Of a stretch of DNA of 64,000 nt, positions 1 through 9,810 are shown in pieces. The notes under the pieces are model-generated. The model was not told where the DNA came from. It saw nothing but the letters and a program-made list of their open reading frames with translations, and made no database searches. The translations under genes and the position numbers were made by a program. The stretch comes from an uncultured Ruficoccus sp. (GTDB lineage Bacteria; Verrucomicrobiota; Verrucomicrobiia; Opitutales; Cerasicoccaceae), in contig OZ223514.1 of NCBI GenBank assembly GCA_965140785.1, positions 160,001 to 224,000 on the forward strand, read 5' to 3'. Each line of letters opens with the position of its first letter. The first letter of the stretch is position 1.

Positions 1-428
1 GAGAAGTCCGGGCTGCGCACCCAGTCGCCACGGCGGACGCCGGCGGCGTGGTCGCCCACGCGGTTGCACAGCTCCAAGATGAGGGCCACGGTGTGCTGGG
101 CCACGGAAGCGGTGCTGTAGCTGGGCACATTGCACACCGTGACGCCCTGCTCGGCAGCCGCGGCGACATCGATGATGTTGTAGCCAGTGGCCAGGACCGA
201 GATCAATTTAAGCGCCGGCAGAGCCGCCAGCGTTTCGCGAGTGAAGGGCACCTTGTTGGTCAAGGCGACGCTCGCTCCGCGGCAGCGCTCGACCACGGCG
301 TCGGGGGTGTACTCCGTACGGTCATACAGGGTGACGCTCCCCAGCTCATCCAGCCCCGCCCACGGCGTGGGATCCGGGAAGTGAAAAGTCTCGGCGTCGA
401 GGACAACTATCTTGGGCTGGTCGGGCAT
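1..428 (-). CDS. D-2-hydroxyacid dehydrogenase (glycerate dehydrogenase-like); runs off the left edge
   Basis: Not in the ORF track. Manual translation from the ATG at 428: MPDQPKIVVLDAETF...ALTNKVPF...LKLISVLATGYNIIDV...GVTVCNVPSYSTASVAQHT, typical N-terminal substrate-binding domain motifs. Confidence 0.88.
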   Translation of the reverse strand, partial: MPDQPKIVVLDAETFHFPDPTPWAGLDELGSVTLYDRTEYTPDAVVERCRGASVALTNKVPFTRETLAALPALKLISVLATGYNIIDVAAAAEQGVTVCNVPSYSTASVAQHTVALILELCNRVGDHAAGVRRGDWVRSPDF

Positions 429-517
429 GGCTGAAGATTCTGAGTGTGCAGGCACCAAGCTCAGCGGCGGCGAATGGAAGCCCTGACCCTATCGCACCAA
501 TTCGGGGTTTGAACAGA

Positions 518-646
518 TCAATTTGCGGAAAAGCTCTCGGTTGCTGGGCAATTGATTCTCTCAGGTGAGAGCAGATGGCAAAGACGTAAGGAGGCCAGTG
601 CCCTGGCCCCCAAGTCATCCGCGAGGATAAAAAGCACATTTTGCAT
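518..646 (-). pseudogene. Vestigial sulfatase N-terminus
   Basis: MQNVLFILADDLGARALAS matches the sulfatase N-terminal motif (NILFILADDLG). Similarity then stops, a stop follows at 42 aa, and there is no CxPxR motif. Confidence 0.5.
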
Positions 647-680
647 GACGGGAGATTGCGGGTGTGACGTTCGGCGGTCA

Positions 681-709
681 GCGGCGGTTGGTAAAAAACC
701 AACCGCCGC
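681..709. terminator. Perfect 12-bp stem hairpin downstream of the minus-strand sugar-acid operon
   Basis: GCGGCGGTTGGT-AAAAA-ACCAACCGCCGC. Confidence 0.5.
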
Positions 710-885
710 GTGAATCTGTATGCCGAAACGCCGCCCGGGGTTCAAGCCTATGCGCTCGACGAATGAAACAAGCGTGCCTGACCGCGTAATAAATCTCTAT
801 CGTCGCCTGCCCGTGACGGATGGTTTTCCGTGCTTCTCCCCTTGTCTTTCTTTTTTAGAAACGAAGATGCTTGCGGGGGGACGCT

Positions 886-1605
886 TTAAAAATAGCCGCC
901 GCGGTCATGGATTTCCTCGGCGGAGAGGCCGGCGGCGACCCACTCCTTGATCTCGCCTTCGTTGCGCTCGATCTGCTCGGCCCGTTCGAGAACGGTTATG
1001 GCGAGCTTACGCGGGATGAGGACGGCTCCGTCGATGTCGGCCAGCAGGATGTCGCCGGGTTTGATCAGCAGCTCGCCGACGAAGATCGGCACCTGATAGC
1101 CGACGATTTTCGTGTGCGAGAGGGCACCGTTGCTGGTGCGGTAGCGGTACCAGATGGGAAAGTCCTGACTGAGGATGTCCTTACTGTCGCGGATGCCGCC
1201 GTCCACGATGGCACCGCGGCAGCCGCGCTTGATCGCGGCCTGGGTCATGACGCCGCCCCAGTGGGAGGCGTGGTCGTCGCCATTGGCGTTCCAGATAACC
1301 ACATGGCCGGGCCGCAGTTCGTCTAGCATCTTGACGCGCAGTTCGAGCTCGCCGCCCATGGTCGGGTCCTTGATTGCCTTGACGGTAAAGGCCTCGCCGC
1401 AGACGACCATCTCGTCGCGCAGGGGCACGATGCTGGACGGCAGGCCCTGGTTGGGCAGGCACATCTCGCGCAGCACGTCGTTGACGGCGCCGCTGTAGAG
1501 TTTCTCGTAGCGGGCGCAGAGTTCTTCCAGGGGGATGGAGAGCTCCTCCACCTCGACCGTGTCGCGAATCTCCTGGAGTTTGTTCACGTGCATTTTGTGG
1601 GCCAT
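886..1605 (-). CDS. RraA family / HMG (4-hydroxy-4-methyl-2-oxoglutarate) aldolase-like protein
   Basis: GEAFTV, WGGVMTQAA, GAIVDGGIRD and PGDILLADIDG motifs. Confidence 0.88.
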   Translation of the reverse strand: MAHKMHVNKLQEIRDTVEVEELSIPLEELCARYEKLYSGAVNDVLREMCLPNQGLPSSIVPLRDEMVVCGEAFTVKAIKDPTMGGELELRVKMLDELRPGHVVIWNANGDDHASHWGGVMTQAAIKRGCRGAIVDGGIRDSKDILSQDFPIWYRYRTSNGALSHTKIVGYQVPIFVGELLIKPGDILLADIDGAVLIPRKLAITVLERAEQIERNEGEIKEWVAAGLSAEEIHDRGGYF

Positions 1606-1657
1606 GGTTCGATATCCTTTCCGGTTGTTGAAATGAGTGAGAGGTGTTTGGGAAAAA

Positions 1658-2425
1658 TTACAGGTTCATGCCGCCATCGACATAGAGACTGTGGCCGGTG
1701 ATGTAGCAGCCGGCTTCGCTGCACAGCAGCAGTGCCGCCCCGGCACAGTCATCGGGGGTTCCGATGCGGGAGGCCGGGATGCGCCCCAGCACTTTTTGTT
1801 TGTAGTCTTCGTCGGCCAGTCGTCCGAGGTTACGATCCGTGCCGATGACGCCGGGAGCGAGGTTGTTGATGGTGACGCCGTGGGGCGCCAATTCCTTGGC
1901 CAGGTTGCGAACCAGGCTGGTCTGCGCGCACTTTGTGGCCGCGTAAACGACCATGTGCGGATGCGGAACGCTCTCCTGTACGCTACCCACGGTCAGGACC
2001 CGTCCCCAGCCGCGTTTCTGCATCGGCGGGATGGCCAGTTGGATCAGTTCGAATGTACTGCGCAGGTTGACATTGATCTGCTGCTCAAAATGCTCGCGGC
2101 TGGTTTCCGTCCAAAGCTCGGGAATCTGGACCGAGGCGTTGCACACGAGGATGTCGAGCTGGCCGAAGGCCGCTGTCACGGAATTATGGATACGCGCCGG
2201 CGCGTCATCGTCGCCCAAATCCTCCATAATGACGACGCTCTTGACGCCGAGTGCTTCCACCTCGCGAACGACTTCCTGCGCCTTGTCGCAGGAGGCGGTG
2301 GCATGAATGGCCACATTCGCGCCCGCCTGGGCAAAGGCCAGAGCGATGCCCCGGCCGATGCCGCGGGAGGAGCCGGTAACCAGGGCGCTACGGCCACTTA
2401 GATCGAAGAGGGAGGGTAGGTTCAT
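1658..2425 (-). CDS. SDR family oxidoreductase
   Basis: TGSSRGIG Rossmann motif, YAATK (YxxxK), NLAPG, ITGHSLYVDGG. Confidence 0.93.
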   Translation of the reverse strand: MNLPSLFDLSGRSALVTGSSRGIGRGIALAFAQAGANVAIHATASCDKAQEVVREVEALGVKSVVIMEDLGDDDAPARIHNSVTAAFGQLDILVCNASVQIPELWTETSREHFEQQINVNLRSTFELIQLAIPPMQKRGWGRVLTVGSVQESVPHPHMVVYAATKCAQTSLVRNLAKELAPHGVTINNLAPGVIGTDRNLGRLADEDYKQKVLGRIPASRIGTPDDCAGAALLLCSEAGCYITGHSLYVDGGMNL

Positions 2426-2455
2426 AAGCGGAATGGGTTTGCGTTCTACCGGTTA

Positions 2456-3646
2456 TTATATGCCTCCAACGATCGGATACCAGTCCGGACGTTTCGGGTC
2501 TTGATGAAAACGGGCGTAGTAGTCGCCGCGCTTTTCGTACTCGCGTTCGTATTTGTCCATTTTCTCCGGATCGAGTTCCACGCCGAGGCCGGGGCCGGTG
2601 GGTACCTTGATCGCTCCGTTCTCGTACTTCATCAGTCCACCGGCGATGATGTCATCGGTCAGGTAATGGTAATGAGCGTCACCGGCGAAGGTCATCTCGG
2701 GAATGGTCGAGGCGGTGTGCAGCATGGCGGCCAGCTCGATCCCGAACTCGGCCCCGCTGTGCATGGCGACCCCGAGGCTGAAGGTCCGGCAGATAGCGGC
2801 CAGGTCCTTGACTCCGCGCGGGCCCTCCCAGTAGTGAATGTCGGTCAGGACGATGTCCACGGAGCCGAGCTTGACCGCGGGAGCGAGGTCGTCGAAACGG
2901 GCGGGGTACATGTTGGTCGCCACCGGGATGCGAACCTGCGAACGCACGGCGGCGTTGCCGTTGAGGCCCCAGGAGGGGTCTTCGAAATACTCCGGCGCGA
3001 TAGCTTCCAGCCGCCGCCCGATGCGCACGGCGGTCGGGACGGACCAGACGCCGTTGGGATCGATGCGCAGGCCGAAGTCCGGACCCAGCCGCTCACGGCA
3101 AAGCTCAAGCACGCGAGCCTCTTCACCCGGATCCATGACGCCGGCTTTGAGCTTCATGGCATTAACGCCGAGCGTTTCGTGCAGTTCGACACACCAGTCC
3201 GCCATGTCTTCGGCGCAGGTGTCGTCTTTGCCGTCGGGCCGGTCGTAGCGCCAGAACAGGTACGCAATAAATGGAATGCGGTCGCGCACACTGCCGCCGA
3301 GCAGGTCACTCAGCGAGCGGTTCATGGCCTTGCCCTGGATATCGAGGCAGGCCATCTCAATGGCCGCATAGAGGCGGGCGTTCGACATGTAGTAAATACT
3401 GCGCAGGACCTTCAGTTTGATCGTTTCCAGGTGAAACGGATCGAGGCCGACGATGCGGGGCTTGAGCTTTGTCAGGGCCGCGCGCTGGTCGCCGCCGCCG
3501 ACTTCGCCCAGGCCGACGATGCCCTCATCCGTGATCAGCTCCAGAATGGTCCGCAGGAAGTAGCCCGGATGGACACCGGTGTTGTGGCGGAGCTGGCAGG
3601 TTAGAGGGATGGCGACGGTGCGTACTTTGAGGTCAACGATTTTCAT
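2456..3646 (-). CDS. Enolase-superfamily acid-sugar dehydratase, glucarate dehydratase-like subgroup
   Basis: KLKAG (KxK), IDPN, FEDP, TNM (Asn ligand), MHS, VPTGPGLGVELD. Confidence 0.88.
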   Translation of the reverse strand: MKIVDLKVRTVAIPLTCQLRHNTGVHPGYFLRTILELITDEGIVGLGEVGGGDQRAALTKLKPRIVGLDPFHLETIKLKVLRSIYYMSNARLYAAIEMACLDIQGKAMNRSLSDLLGGSVRDRIPFIAYLFWRYDRPDGKDDTCAEDMADWCVELHETLGVNAMKLKAGVMDPGEEARVLELCRERLGPDFGLRIDPNGVWSVPTAVRIGRRLEAIAPEYFEDPSWGLNGNAAVRSQVRIPVATNMYPARFDDLAPAVKLGSVDIVLTDIHYWEGPRGVKDLAAICRTFSLGVAMHSGAEFGIELAAMLHTASTIPEMTFAGDAHYHYLTDDIIAGGLMKYENGAIKVPTGPGLGVELDPEKMDKYEREYEKRGDYYARFHQDPKRPDWYPIVGGI

Positions 3647-3705
3647 GGTATGTTCGCATTCTTTTGCTTTTTAGCATTTTCAGTCAAATTATTATTGATA
3701 AAATA

Positions 3706-3723
3706 ATTATCATATATGAAAAT
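3706..3723. promoter_or_regulatory. Candidate IclR-type operator in the divergent intergenic region
   Basis: 18-bp near-perfect palindrome ATTATCATATATGAAAAT (one mismatched pair) in the 83-bp AT-rich gap between the dehydratase operon and the IclR gene. Confidence 0.55.
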
Positions 3724-3729
3724 AAAAAT

Positions 3730-4479
3730 ATGAGCACCGCCCAGACTATTCCCGCCGTTCATAAGGCCGTAGCCGTCCTGCAACTGGTGGCCGATCGCAA
3801 CGAACCGGTCAGCGTAAAGGAGCTGGCCTACGGCCTGAACATCGCACCGGCCACCTGCTACCGGCTGGTGAAAACCCTGCTGGAGCACAACTGGCTGCGC
3901 GAGGACCCCGCCGGGGGGCTGAGAATCGCTTTCGGGCTGGCCAACCTGGCGCGTTCGTATTCAGAAATTGAATACGCCTTGAATTCGCTGGAGACGCCCC
4001 TGCGCCGCCTTGCAGATGAGCTCGAGATGTCGGCCAAGATCACGTTGCGCGAGGGGCACTACGCCACCACCGCGCTGCGGGCCGAGCCTGCCCGCCCCAA
4101 CGCTATCACCAGCCCCGTGGGCTGCCGTTTTCACCTGGCGGTGGGGTCGGCGGCGGCCGTGCTGCTGTCCACGCTGGACGACGCCGAAGTCAGGCGCGTA
4201 CTGGCGACGGCACCGTCCGATGTCTGGCAGCGGCAACAGGAGAAGGATGTTTGGGAGCGGATTCGAGAATGCCGTGGCAGCGGGATTTGTCGTGACTTCG
4301 GACAGCAGCATCCTTCGATTTTCGCTCTCTCGGCGTTGCTGCCGTTGACGGGCTCTGTCAGCGCCGCGATCAGCGTGGTGGGATGGCCGGAGGAGTTTGA
4401 AGGTAACCGCCCCGTCGCACTGACGCGAACCCTGAAGCGAGCTGTGGCCGAGATGCGGAAGATTCTGCCTCTGGCCTGA
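3730..4479 (+). CDS. IclR family transcriptional regulator
   Basis: N-terminal PAVHKAVAVLQLV...ATCYRLVKTL HTH plus IclR effector domain; ATG at 3730 preferred. Confidence 0.9.
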   Translation: MSTAQTIPAVHKAVAVLQLVADRNEPVSVKELAYGLNIAPATCYRLVKTLLEHNWLREDPAGGLRIAFGLANLARSYSEIEYALNSLETPLRRLADELEMSAKITLREGHYATTALRAEPARPNAITSPVGCRFHLAVGSAAAVLLSTLDDAEVRRVLATAPSDVWQRQQEKDVWERIRECRGSGICRDFGQQHPSIFALSALLPLTGSVSAAISVVGWPEEFEGNRPVALTRTLKRAVAEMRKILPLA

Positions 4480-4931
4480 GGCGCTCGGCAAGCTGGCCAC
4501 CCCAAAAGAGGGTCAGCGTTGAAGGGCTTTCATCCGTTGCGTGACTTGGACTTGGATGAAGCGGTGGACCTGGCGCGTTCTCGTTGGGCGCGGGGCGGTG
4601 TCCGGGTGGTCGTGCCTGCCCGCCACGAGACCGGTCGTTTGAGCTCTGTCTCCGGGGATCGGTGGATCTCGCCGCCGCGCAAGCCCACGTTTATATCGAC
4701 GCAAAGCCCTGGGGACGGAAGAAACGCTGATCTACGTCCCGACGATGCGGGCTCCATCGCGCAGGCCTTCGGGCAGGCAAAGCTTTTTTTTAGAGATCGG
4801 GGTCGAGTGGGTGCATCCGGCCATGGACGTTCGCGTTCCAGGCATTGGGTCTATCATGCCCAGTCCGGCGCGTACGGCTCTCTAGTGAGATTGCGGCTTG
4901 GCGGTCTTACGTTGGTGGGCTCGGCGTATGT

Positions 4932-5996
4932 TTAGAGCGTACTCATCTTGCGGATGAGGCCGCCGTGGAGGGCTTCGATATTCTGCACGGCCCCCAGGGC
5001 GAGGGAGACGAATGCCTTGTCGGTGGCTTTATCGGAGCTGATTCTTTTGCGCAGCTTCTCGGTGGTTTTCAGGATCTTGGCGCCGACGGCGTGTCGCTCT
5101 CCGGTGTAGGACTCGGTCGTATCGTTGAGGATCGCCTGGGCGGCGGCGACGGCGTCGTCGATCCCCAGGTTCATGCCGCGACCCCCGATGGGTGAGTGGC
5201 AGTGGGCAGAGTCTCCGGCCAGCAGGACGCGACCCCTGAGATAGGTTTCGGCCTGACGGACTGAAATGCGAAACGTGCCGGTGCGGCGGACGTTGACGAC
5301 GCCCAGATCGACCGGGATGGCCGCGAGCGCATCGGGCGTCGACGAAAGCGCCCGGGCTCGATATCTTTCGATCGGCAGACAGGTGGCGCTCACCCCGTGC
5401 TCGCCCTGCAACCAGAAACGGATGAGCGAGCAGTCAAAGTTCTCGTCCATGTCGATGTCGGCGATGGACCAGTCCTCGTCCAAATCGTAGCCGGGGTAAT
5501 CGATGCCGAGCTGTTCGCGCATGGTGGAGTGCTTGCCATCGCAGGCGACCACCCAATCGTAGGTGTCGGTCCTGCCGTCGGCGAAGGTCACGGTGGCCCG
5601 CTTCTCGGTGGTTTCCAGTTTGACGGCCTCGGTGCCATAGTGGGTTTGTACTCCCAGCCGGGCCAAGCCCTCGCGGATGAGCGTTTCTGTCCGGTCCTGA
5701 GGCAGGCCCAGGACGGCTTCTTCGGGGTTGACCTTACCGCGCATGTCGAGGTCCATCAGGACTTTCTCGTTGCGGAAAAACTGAAACCGCTGCCAGGAGA
5801 CGGCTTCCTTCAGGATGGCCTCGCCCACGCCCTCGTGGCGCAGGTTGTAACGGGTGAGGGGGATGATCCCGACGGCGCGTGAAAACTCCGAGGGGCCGGA
5901 GCGCTTTTCGATCAATTCGGGCTTGATGCCGTGGTGGGCCAATTCAAGGGCAGTGGCCAGACCCACGGGACCCGCTCCGATGATGAGGATCTTCAT
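4932..5996 (-). CDS. FAD-dependent monooxygenase (UbiH/PheA-like)
   Basis: GAGPVG, ACDG and GDSAHCHSPIGGRGMNLGIDDA fingerprints; start at MKILIIGAG. Confidence 0.92.
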   Translation of the reverse strand: MKILIIGAGPVGLATALELAHHGIKPELIEKRSGPSEFSRAVGIIPLTRYNLRHEGVGEAILKEAVSWQRFQFFRNEKVLMDLDMRGKVNPEEAVLGLPQDRTETLIREGLARLGVQTHYGTEAVKLETTEKRATVTFADGRTDTYDWVVACDGKHSTMREQLGIDYPGYDLDEDWSIADIDMDENFDCSLIRFWLQGEHGVSATCLPIERYRARALSSTPDALAAIPVDLGVVNVRRTGTFRISVRQAETYLRGRVLLAGDSAHCHSPIGGRGMNLGIDDAVAAAQAILNDTTESYTGERHAVGAKILKTTEKLRKRISSDKATDKAFVSLALGAVQNIEALHGGLIRKMSTL

Positions 5997-6206
5997 GGTC
6001 TCATAGCGTAGCACACCGCTATGCCCCCGCAAGATTTCAGCGTGTATTTTAGGGCAGTGGAAGCTTAGGCAGTGTCGCGATTTTGAAGTTCACGGCCTAT
6101 TGATTGCGGGCTTACGCAGCCCGCGCCCGCGGCAGGCATAGCCTGCACTTCCGATGCTTACAGCATCGTCTCTGCGATGGGCGGGACTGTTAGACGTGGC
6201 CGTCGA

Positions 6207-7043
6207 TTAGGTGCCGTAAAACTTGCGGTAGCAGCGAGCGAAGTAGCCGGCGTCGGTGAAGCCGCAGGCGTGGGCGACTTCGGCGATGTTCAGGGCCGGG
6301 TTTTTCATCAGCTCGTGAGCCCGTTCCATCCGTGAGCGTTGCAGGTATTGATGAAAGGATTGACCGGCGAACTGGGTGAAGAGGCGGGAAATGTGGTTGG
6401 GGTGCACGCGCAGAAAACGCGCCACCTCTTTGCGCCCCAAAGGTTCTTGAAGATGCTCCTGAATAAACTGGCACGCAGCCAGCCAGGTCAGTTTCGCTTT
6501 ACCCTCGGGGGCGTGTGGGCCGCTCAGCAGCAGGGATTGGGACTTGAGTAGGAGGAGCTCCACCAAACGCTGAAGGTAGCGGATGTCTGCCGGCTCACGG
6601 GCGCAACGGGCCATCGCGCTGAGAAAGGCCCGTCCTTCGCCATCCAGAGTAGCCTGGCTGTGGTGTGTGAGCAGGAAACGATGAGAAAAAGTCTGGTCGC
6701 GTTGCGGTTGTTTTTTCGCCAGGAGAAACCGGGTCAACCCATCCTGGAAGACCAGGCCAAAGGACAAATAGCGTGCCTGGGGATGCGACTCCATCAGGCA
6801 GTGGGGGAGGGCATAGATCACTTCTCCGCGCCGGATGTCCATCGCGGTGCGCCGCCCCTCACGCGTGATCACATACCTCGCCGATGCTGACAGGCACAGG
6901 CTGAACCGGTGGGCATGGAGGTGCGGGGCATTTCCTAAATGGCCACTGGCTTCGTTGGCGAAATGCACCTTTGGAGGAGGCCCTCGCCGCAGGATAGCAT
7001 CGATCAGTGAGCGAATCCGATCTGTTTGTTGATGAGGAGGCAT
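6207..7043 (-). CDS. AraC family transcriptional regulator
   Basis: C-terminal double HTH: HPNHISRLF...IAEVAHACGFTDAGYFARCYRK. Confidence 0.9.
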   Translation of the reverse strand: MPPHQQTDRIRSLIDAILRRGPPPKVHFANEASGHLGNAPHLHAHRFSLCLSASARYVITREGRRTAMDIRRGEVIYALPHCLMESHPQARYLSFGLVFQDGLTRFLLAKKQPQRDQTFSHRFLLTHHSQATLDGEGRAFLSAMARCAREPADIRYLQRLVELLLLKSQSLLLSGPHAPEGKAKLTWLAACQFIQEHLQEPLGRKEVARFLRVHPNHISRLFTQFAGQSFHQYLQRSRMERAHELMKNPALNIAEVAHACGFTDAGYFARCYRKFYGT

Positions 7044-7143
7044 TTTGTTACGATTTTCACGCTATTGTGCTTTTTTTAGCGTTTATAATACGGAACGGTC
7101 AGGTCTAAAAATTCAATATTGTTACAAATAAACCCTTACACCC

Positions 7144-8433
7144 ATGGCCTCAACTACGATTTCAGAACCCGAAAAATCCATCCCCGTTGTCCGTGAAACC
7201 GATGTGCTCGTTTGTGGTGGGGGCCCGGCCGGCCTCGCTGCCGCTTTTACGGCCGCCCGAGCCGGGGCCAGGGTGCTGCTTCTGGAGCGACATCCCTTTC
7301 TGGGGGGCGTCTGGACAGCGGGTGCCCTGACCATCATTCTCGATGCCCAGAATAAATCCGGACTGGTGCGGGAGATAAGCCAGCGGCTTGAAGCACAGGG
7401 CGACGTCGGGCATTACCATCCCTGGTTCAGTGCGCCGATTTATGGCATTGAGGCAATGAAAGGGCTGCTCGATGAGATGGTGGCGGAGACCGGGATCGAG
7501 GTGCAGCTCTACACCCAGGTTGTCGCGGTAGCCCGCGAAGGTTCACGCGTGAGCGGTGTGTTTACCGAGAGCAAGTCGGGGCGCGAATTCATCCGGGCCA
7601 AGGTCGTGATCGACACGACCGGCGATGGCGACGTTTGTGCGCAGGCCGGGTGTGACTTCGAGTACGGCCGCCCGAAGGACGGCAAGGTGCAGCCGATGAC
7701 GCTCTACGGCCGCATCGGCGGCTACCATGGGCTGCATGCGCGCCACCAGCCGATGCTGGGAATCGCCCAGGCCGCTGGGTTTCAGCTCAGTTATGAGCGG
7801 GTCACGCTTTTCCCCCAGCCGGGCCAGCCGGGCGTTTTCATGCTTATGGCGACGCACCTCTTCGCCAGCGCCCTGGATGCGCGCGAGTTGACCCGCGCCG
7901 AGTTTCAGGGACGCAAGGAAATCCGAGAGTTCGTGCAAATTTTGAAAACCCAGGGCGGGGACGACTGGAAGGATATTTACCTGATCGATACGGGCCCCTT
8001 TCTCGGGGTGCGCGAGGCCCGGCGCATTCTGGGCAAATACTATCTGACCGGGGAGGACATTCAGGTGGGGCGGCGGTTCGAAGACGGGATCTGCCACGTG
8101 CGCTTCAATGTGGACGTTCATCACCCCGATCCGAAGGAAGGGCGTGGGCTCTTTAACATCAAGGTACAGCCTTACGACATCCCTTACCGCTGCCTGCTGG
8201 CTCGCAATCTGGACAACGTGATGATGGCCGGGCGCTGTATTTCCGGAGACTATCTGGCGCACGCGAGTTATCGCGTCACGGGCGATGCGGTCGCGACCGG
8301 GGAGGCGGCGGGACTTGGGGCGGCTATGGCACTGGATGCGGGCTGTGCCCCGGACGCGATCGAGATGTCGGTCTTTCTCGCCCGGCTGGCAGAGATGCGC
8401 AGCGCCTACCCGGCGGAGGTGCCGGACAAGTAG
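7144..8433 (+). CDS. FAD-dependent oxidoreductase (FAD_oxidored family)
   Basis: DVLVCGGGPAG, IDTTGDGD, REARRI, YDIPYRCL, AGRCIS motifs. Confidence 0.9.
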   Translation: MASTTISEPEKSIPVVRETDVLVCGGGPAGLAAAFTAARAGARVLLLERHPFLGGVWTAGALTIILDAQNKSGLVREISQRLEAQGDVGHYHPWFSAPIYGIEAMKGLLDEMVAETGIEVQLYTQVVAVAREGSRVSGVFTESKSGREFIRAKVVIDTTGDGDVCAQAGCDFEYGRPKDGKVQPMTLYGRIGGYHGLHARHQPMLGIAQAAGFQLSYERVTLFPQPGQPGVFMLMATHLFASALDARELTRAEFQGRKEIREFVQILKTQGGDDWKDIYLIDTGPFLGVREARRILGKYYLTGEDIQVGRRFEDGICHVRFNVDVHHPDPKEGRGLFNIKVQPYDIPYRCLLARNLDNVMMAGRCISGDYLAHASYRVTGDAVATGEAAGLGAAMALDAGCAPDAIEMSVFLARLAEMRSAYPAEVPDK

Positions 8434-8574
8434 CTGATTGGCCCGTCCCGGGCAACGTCCTGCGCCCGGTAGGGGGCGAAGGATATAAATGCAGGAATCT
8501 TAAAAATCGATTTATATGCGAATAAAGCTGTTTATGGATTGACAGTGCCCGTGTTCTCAAAAAAAATCCGGGTC

Positions 8575-9690
8575 ATGCCAGCGAAACCTTCAGCCAAGTT
8601 AAAATCCGTGTATGGGGCGCTCCTCAAGCGCATCAAGGATGAGGACTGGAAAGTCGGCGAACTGCTCGCCCCTGCCAGTGAATTGGCCAAGGAGTATGAT
8701 TGCAGCATCGGTATGATGAGCAAAGCGCTCGCCATGCTGGCCCATGAAGGGCTGGTGGAGCAGCGCCCCCGGGTGGGGACCCGCATCATTGGCACGCCCG
8801 GTCAGGCCGGCGAGCAGAGCGGCAAGTCCCTGAAGCTGGATGCCTTCGCCTTTATCCACCCCAGCGAGCTGCATGAAGGGGGCTGGAAGATGCTGACGGC
8901 TTTTCAAAAAGCGGCCACACGCGTCGGAAGACGGACGGTAGTTTTGAGCACGGGCGCGGATTTTCAAAAGGAAATGGAAATGCTCCGGCGGCTCGACGAA
9001 TTTGACGTGCAGGCGGCGGCGATTTTTCCATTCCTGGTCACTCCGGCGGATCACATTCAGTTTTCGCAACTGATCGTCGCGGTGAATTATCCGATCGTTC
9101 TCATTGACCATTGCCCGGCCGGAGTCGAGTGCCTGTCGGTGCATATGGACTGCTTTCACGCCGGGTACACGATGACCCGTCGTCTGCTCGATCAGGGCGC
9201 ACGTCGCATCGGTTTTCTGACCAATAACGGCCTGCGCCTGTCGGGGCGCAATCGCTATCAGGGCTTTCTGTGGGCGATGCAGGAGGCCGGGGTCGAACCT
9301 GTGGACGACTTGCTCCTGGTGGAGTCCACCAGCCATCCCAATTTCGAAGATCCGTTCGCGGAGCCGACCCGGGTGGGCGAGTGCTATATGCAGCAAACGA
9401 AGGGAAAAGGCGTCGAGGCCGTGGTTTGCTCCAATGACGTGATGGCAATCGGCTTGATGCGGGCGGCCCGTGAGGCGGGCGTGTCGGTGCCGGGTGATTT
9501 GAAAATTATCGGAACGGACAACCTGGGCATTTCCGCGAGCGAAGAATTTTCACTGACTTCCTATGATCCGCCTTATGCGAAGCTGGGCGAGCAAACCTTT
9601 GACCTGCTCAACGCCGTCGTCGAGGGCAAGCCGGCTCCGCGCAGAGAATACAGTCTGCGCGGTGAGCTGATCGTACGCTCAAGCGCCTGA
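8575..9690 (+). CDS. GntR-HTH / LacI-type sensor hybrid regulator (AraR-like)
   Basis: GntR wHTH (ELAKEYDCS...LAHEGLVEQRPRVGT) fused to a periplasmic-binding-protein-like domain (NDVMAIG...VPGDLKIIGTD...GELIVRSS). Confidence 0.9.
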   Translation: MPAKPSAKLKSVYGALLKRIKDEDWKVGELLAPASELAKEYDCSIGMMSKALAMLAHEGLVEQRPRVGTRIIGTPGQAGEQSGKSLKLDAFAFIHPSELHEGGWKMLTAFQKAATRVGRRTVVLSTGADFQKEMEMLRRLDEFDVQAAAIFPFLVTPADHIQFSQLIVAVNYPIVLIDHCPAGVECLSVHMDCFHAGYTMTRRLLDQGARRIGFLTNNGLRLSGRNRYQGFLWAMQEAGVEPVDDLLLVESTSHPNFEDPFAEPTRVGECYMQQTKGKGVEAVVCSNDVMAIGLMRAAREAGVSVPGDLKIIGTDNLGISASEEFSLTSYDPPYAKLGEQTFDLLNAVVEGKPAPRREYSLRGELIVRSSA

Positions 9691-9810
9691 CGTCAGATTG
9701 AAGGGGCTCTGTCAGGTGCCTGGCCTATGGCCAGACAGTGGGTGTGGCTATTGTTTTTTACACTATTATTACACATTTTATAATAAAATATATTTTAACA
9801 AGTATGTCCC

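Noticed and set aside
530..590. CTCTCAGGT, reminiscent of a glycine riboswitch
   Set aside because: It is on the wrong strand for the downstream gene, and the GGAGAG/CCGAAG elements are missing.
4513..4935. Short overlapping ORFs between IclR and the monooxygenase
   Set aside because: No recognisable motifs; Arg/Pro-rich translations typical of spurious GC-rich frames.
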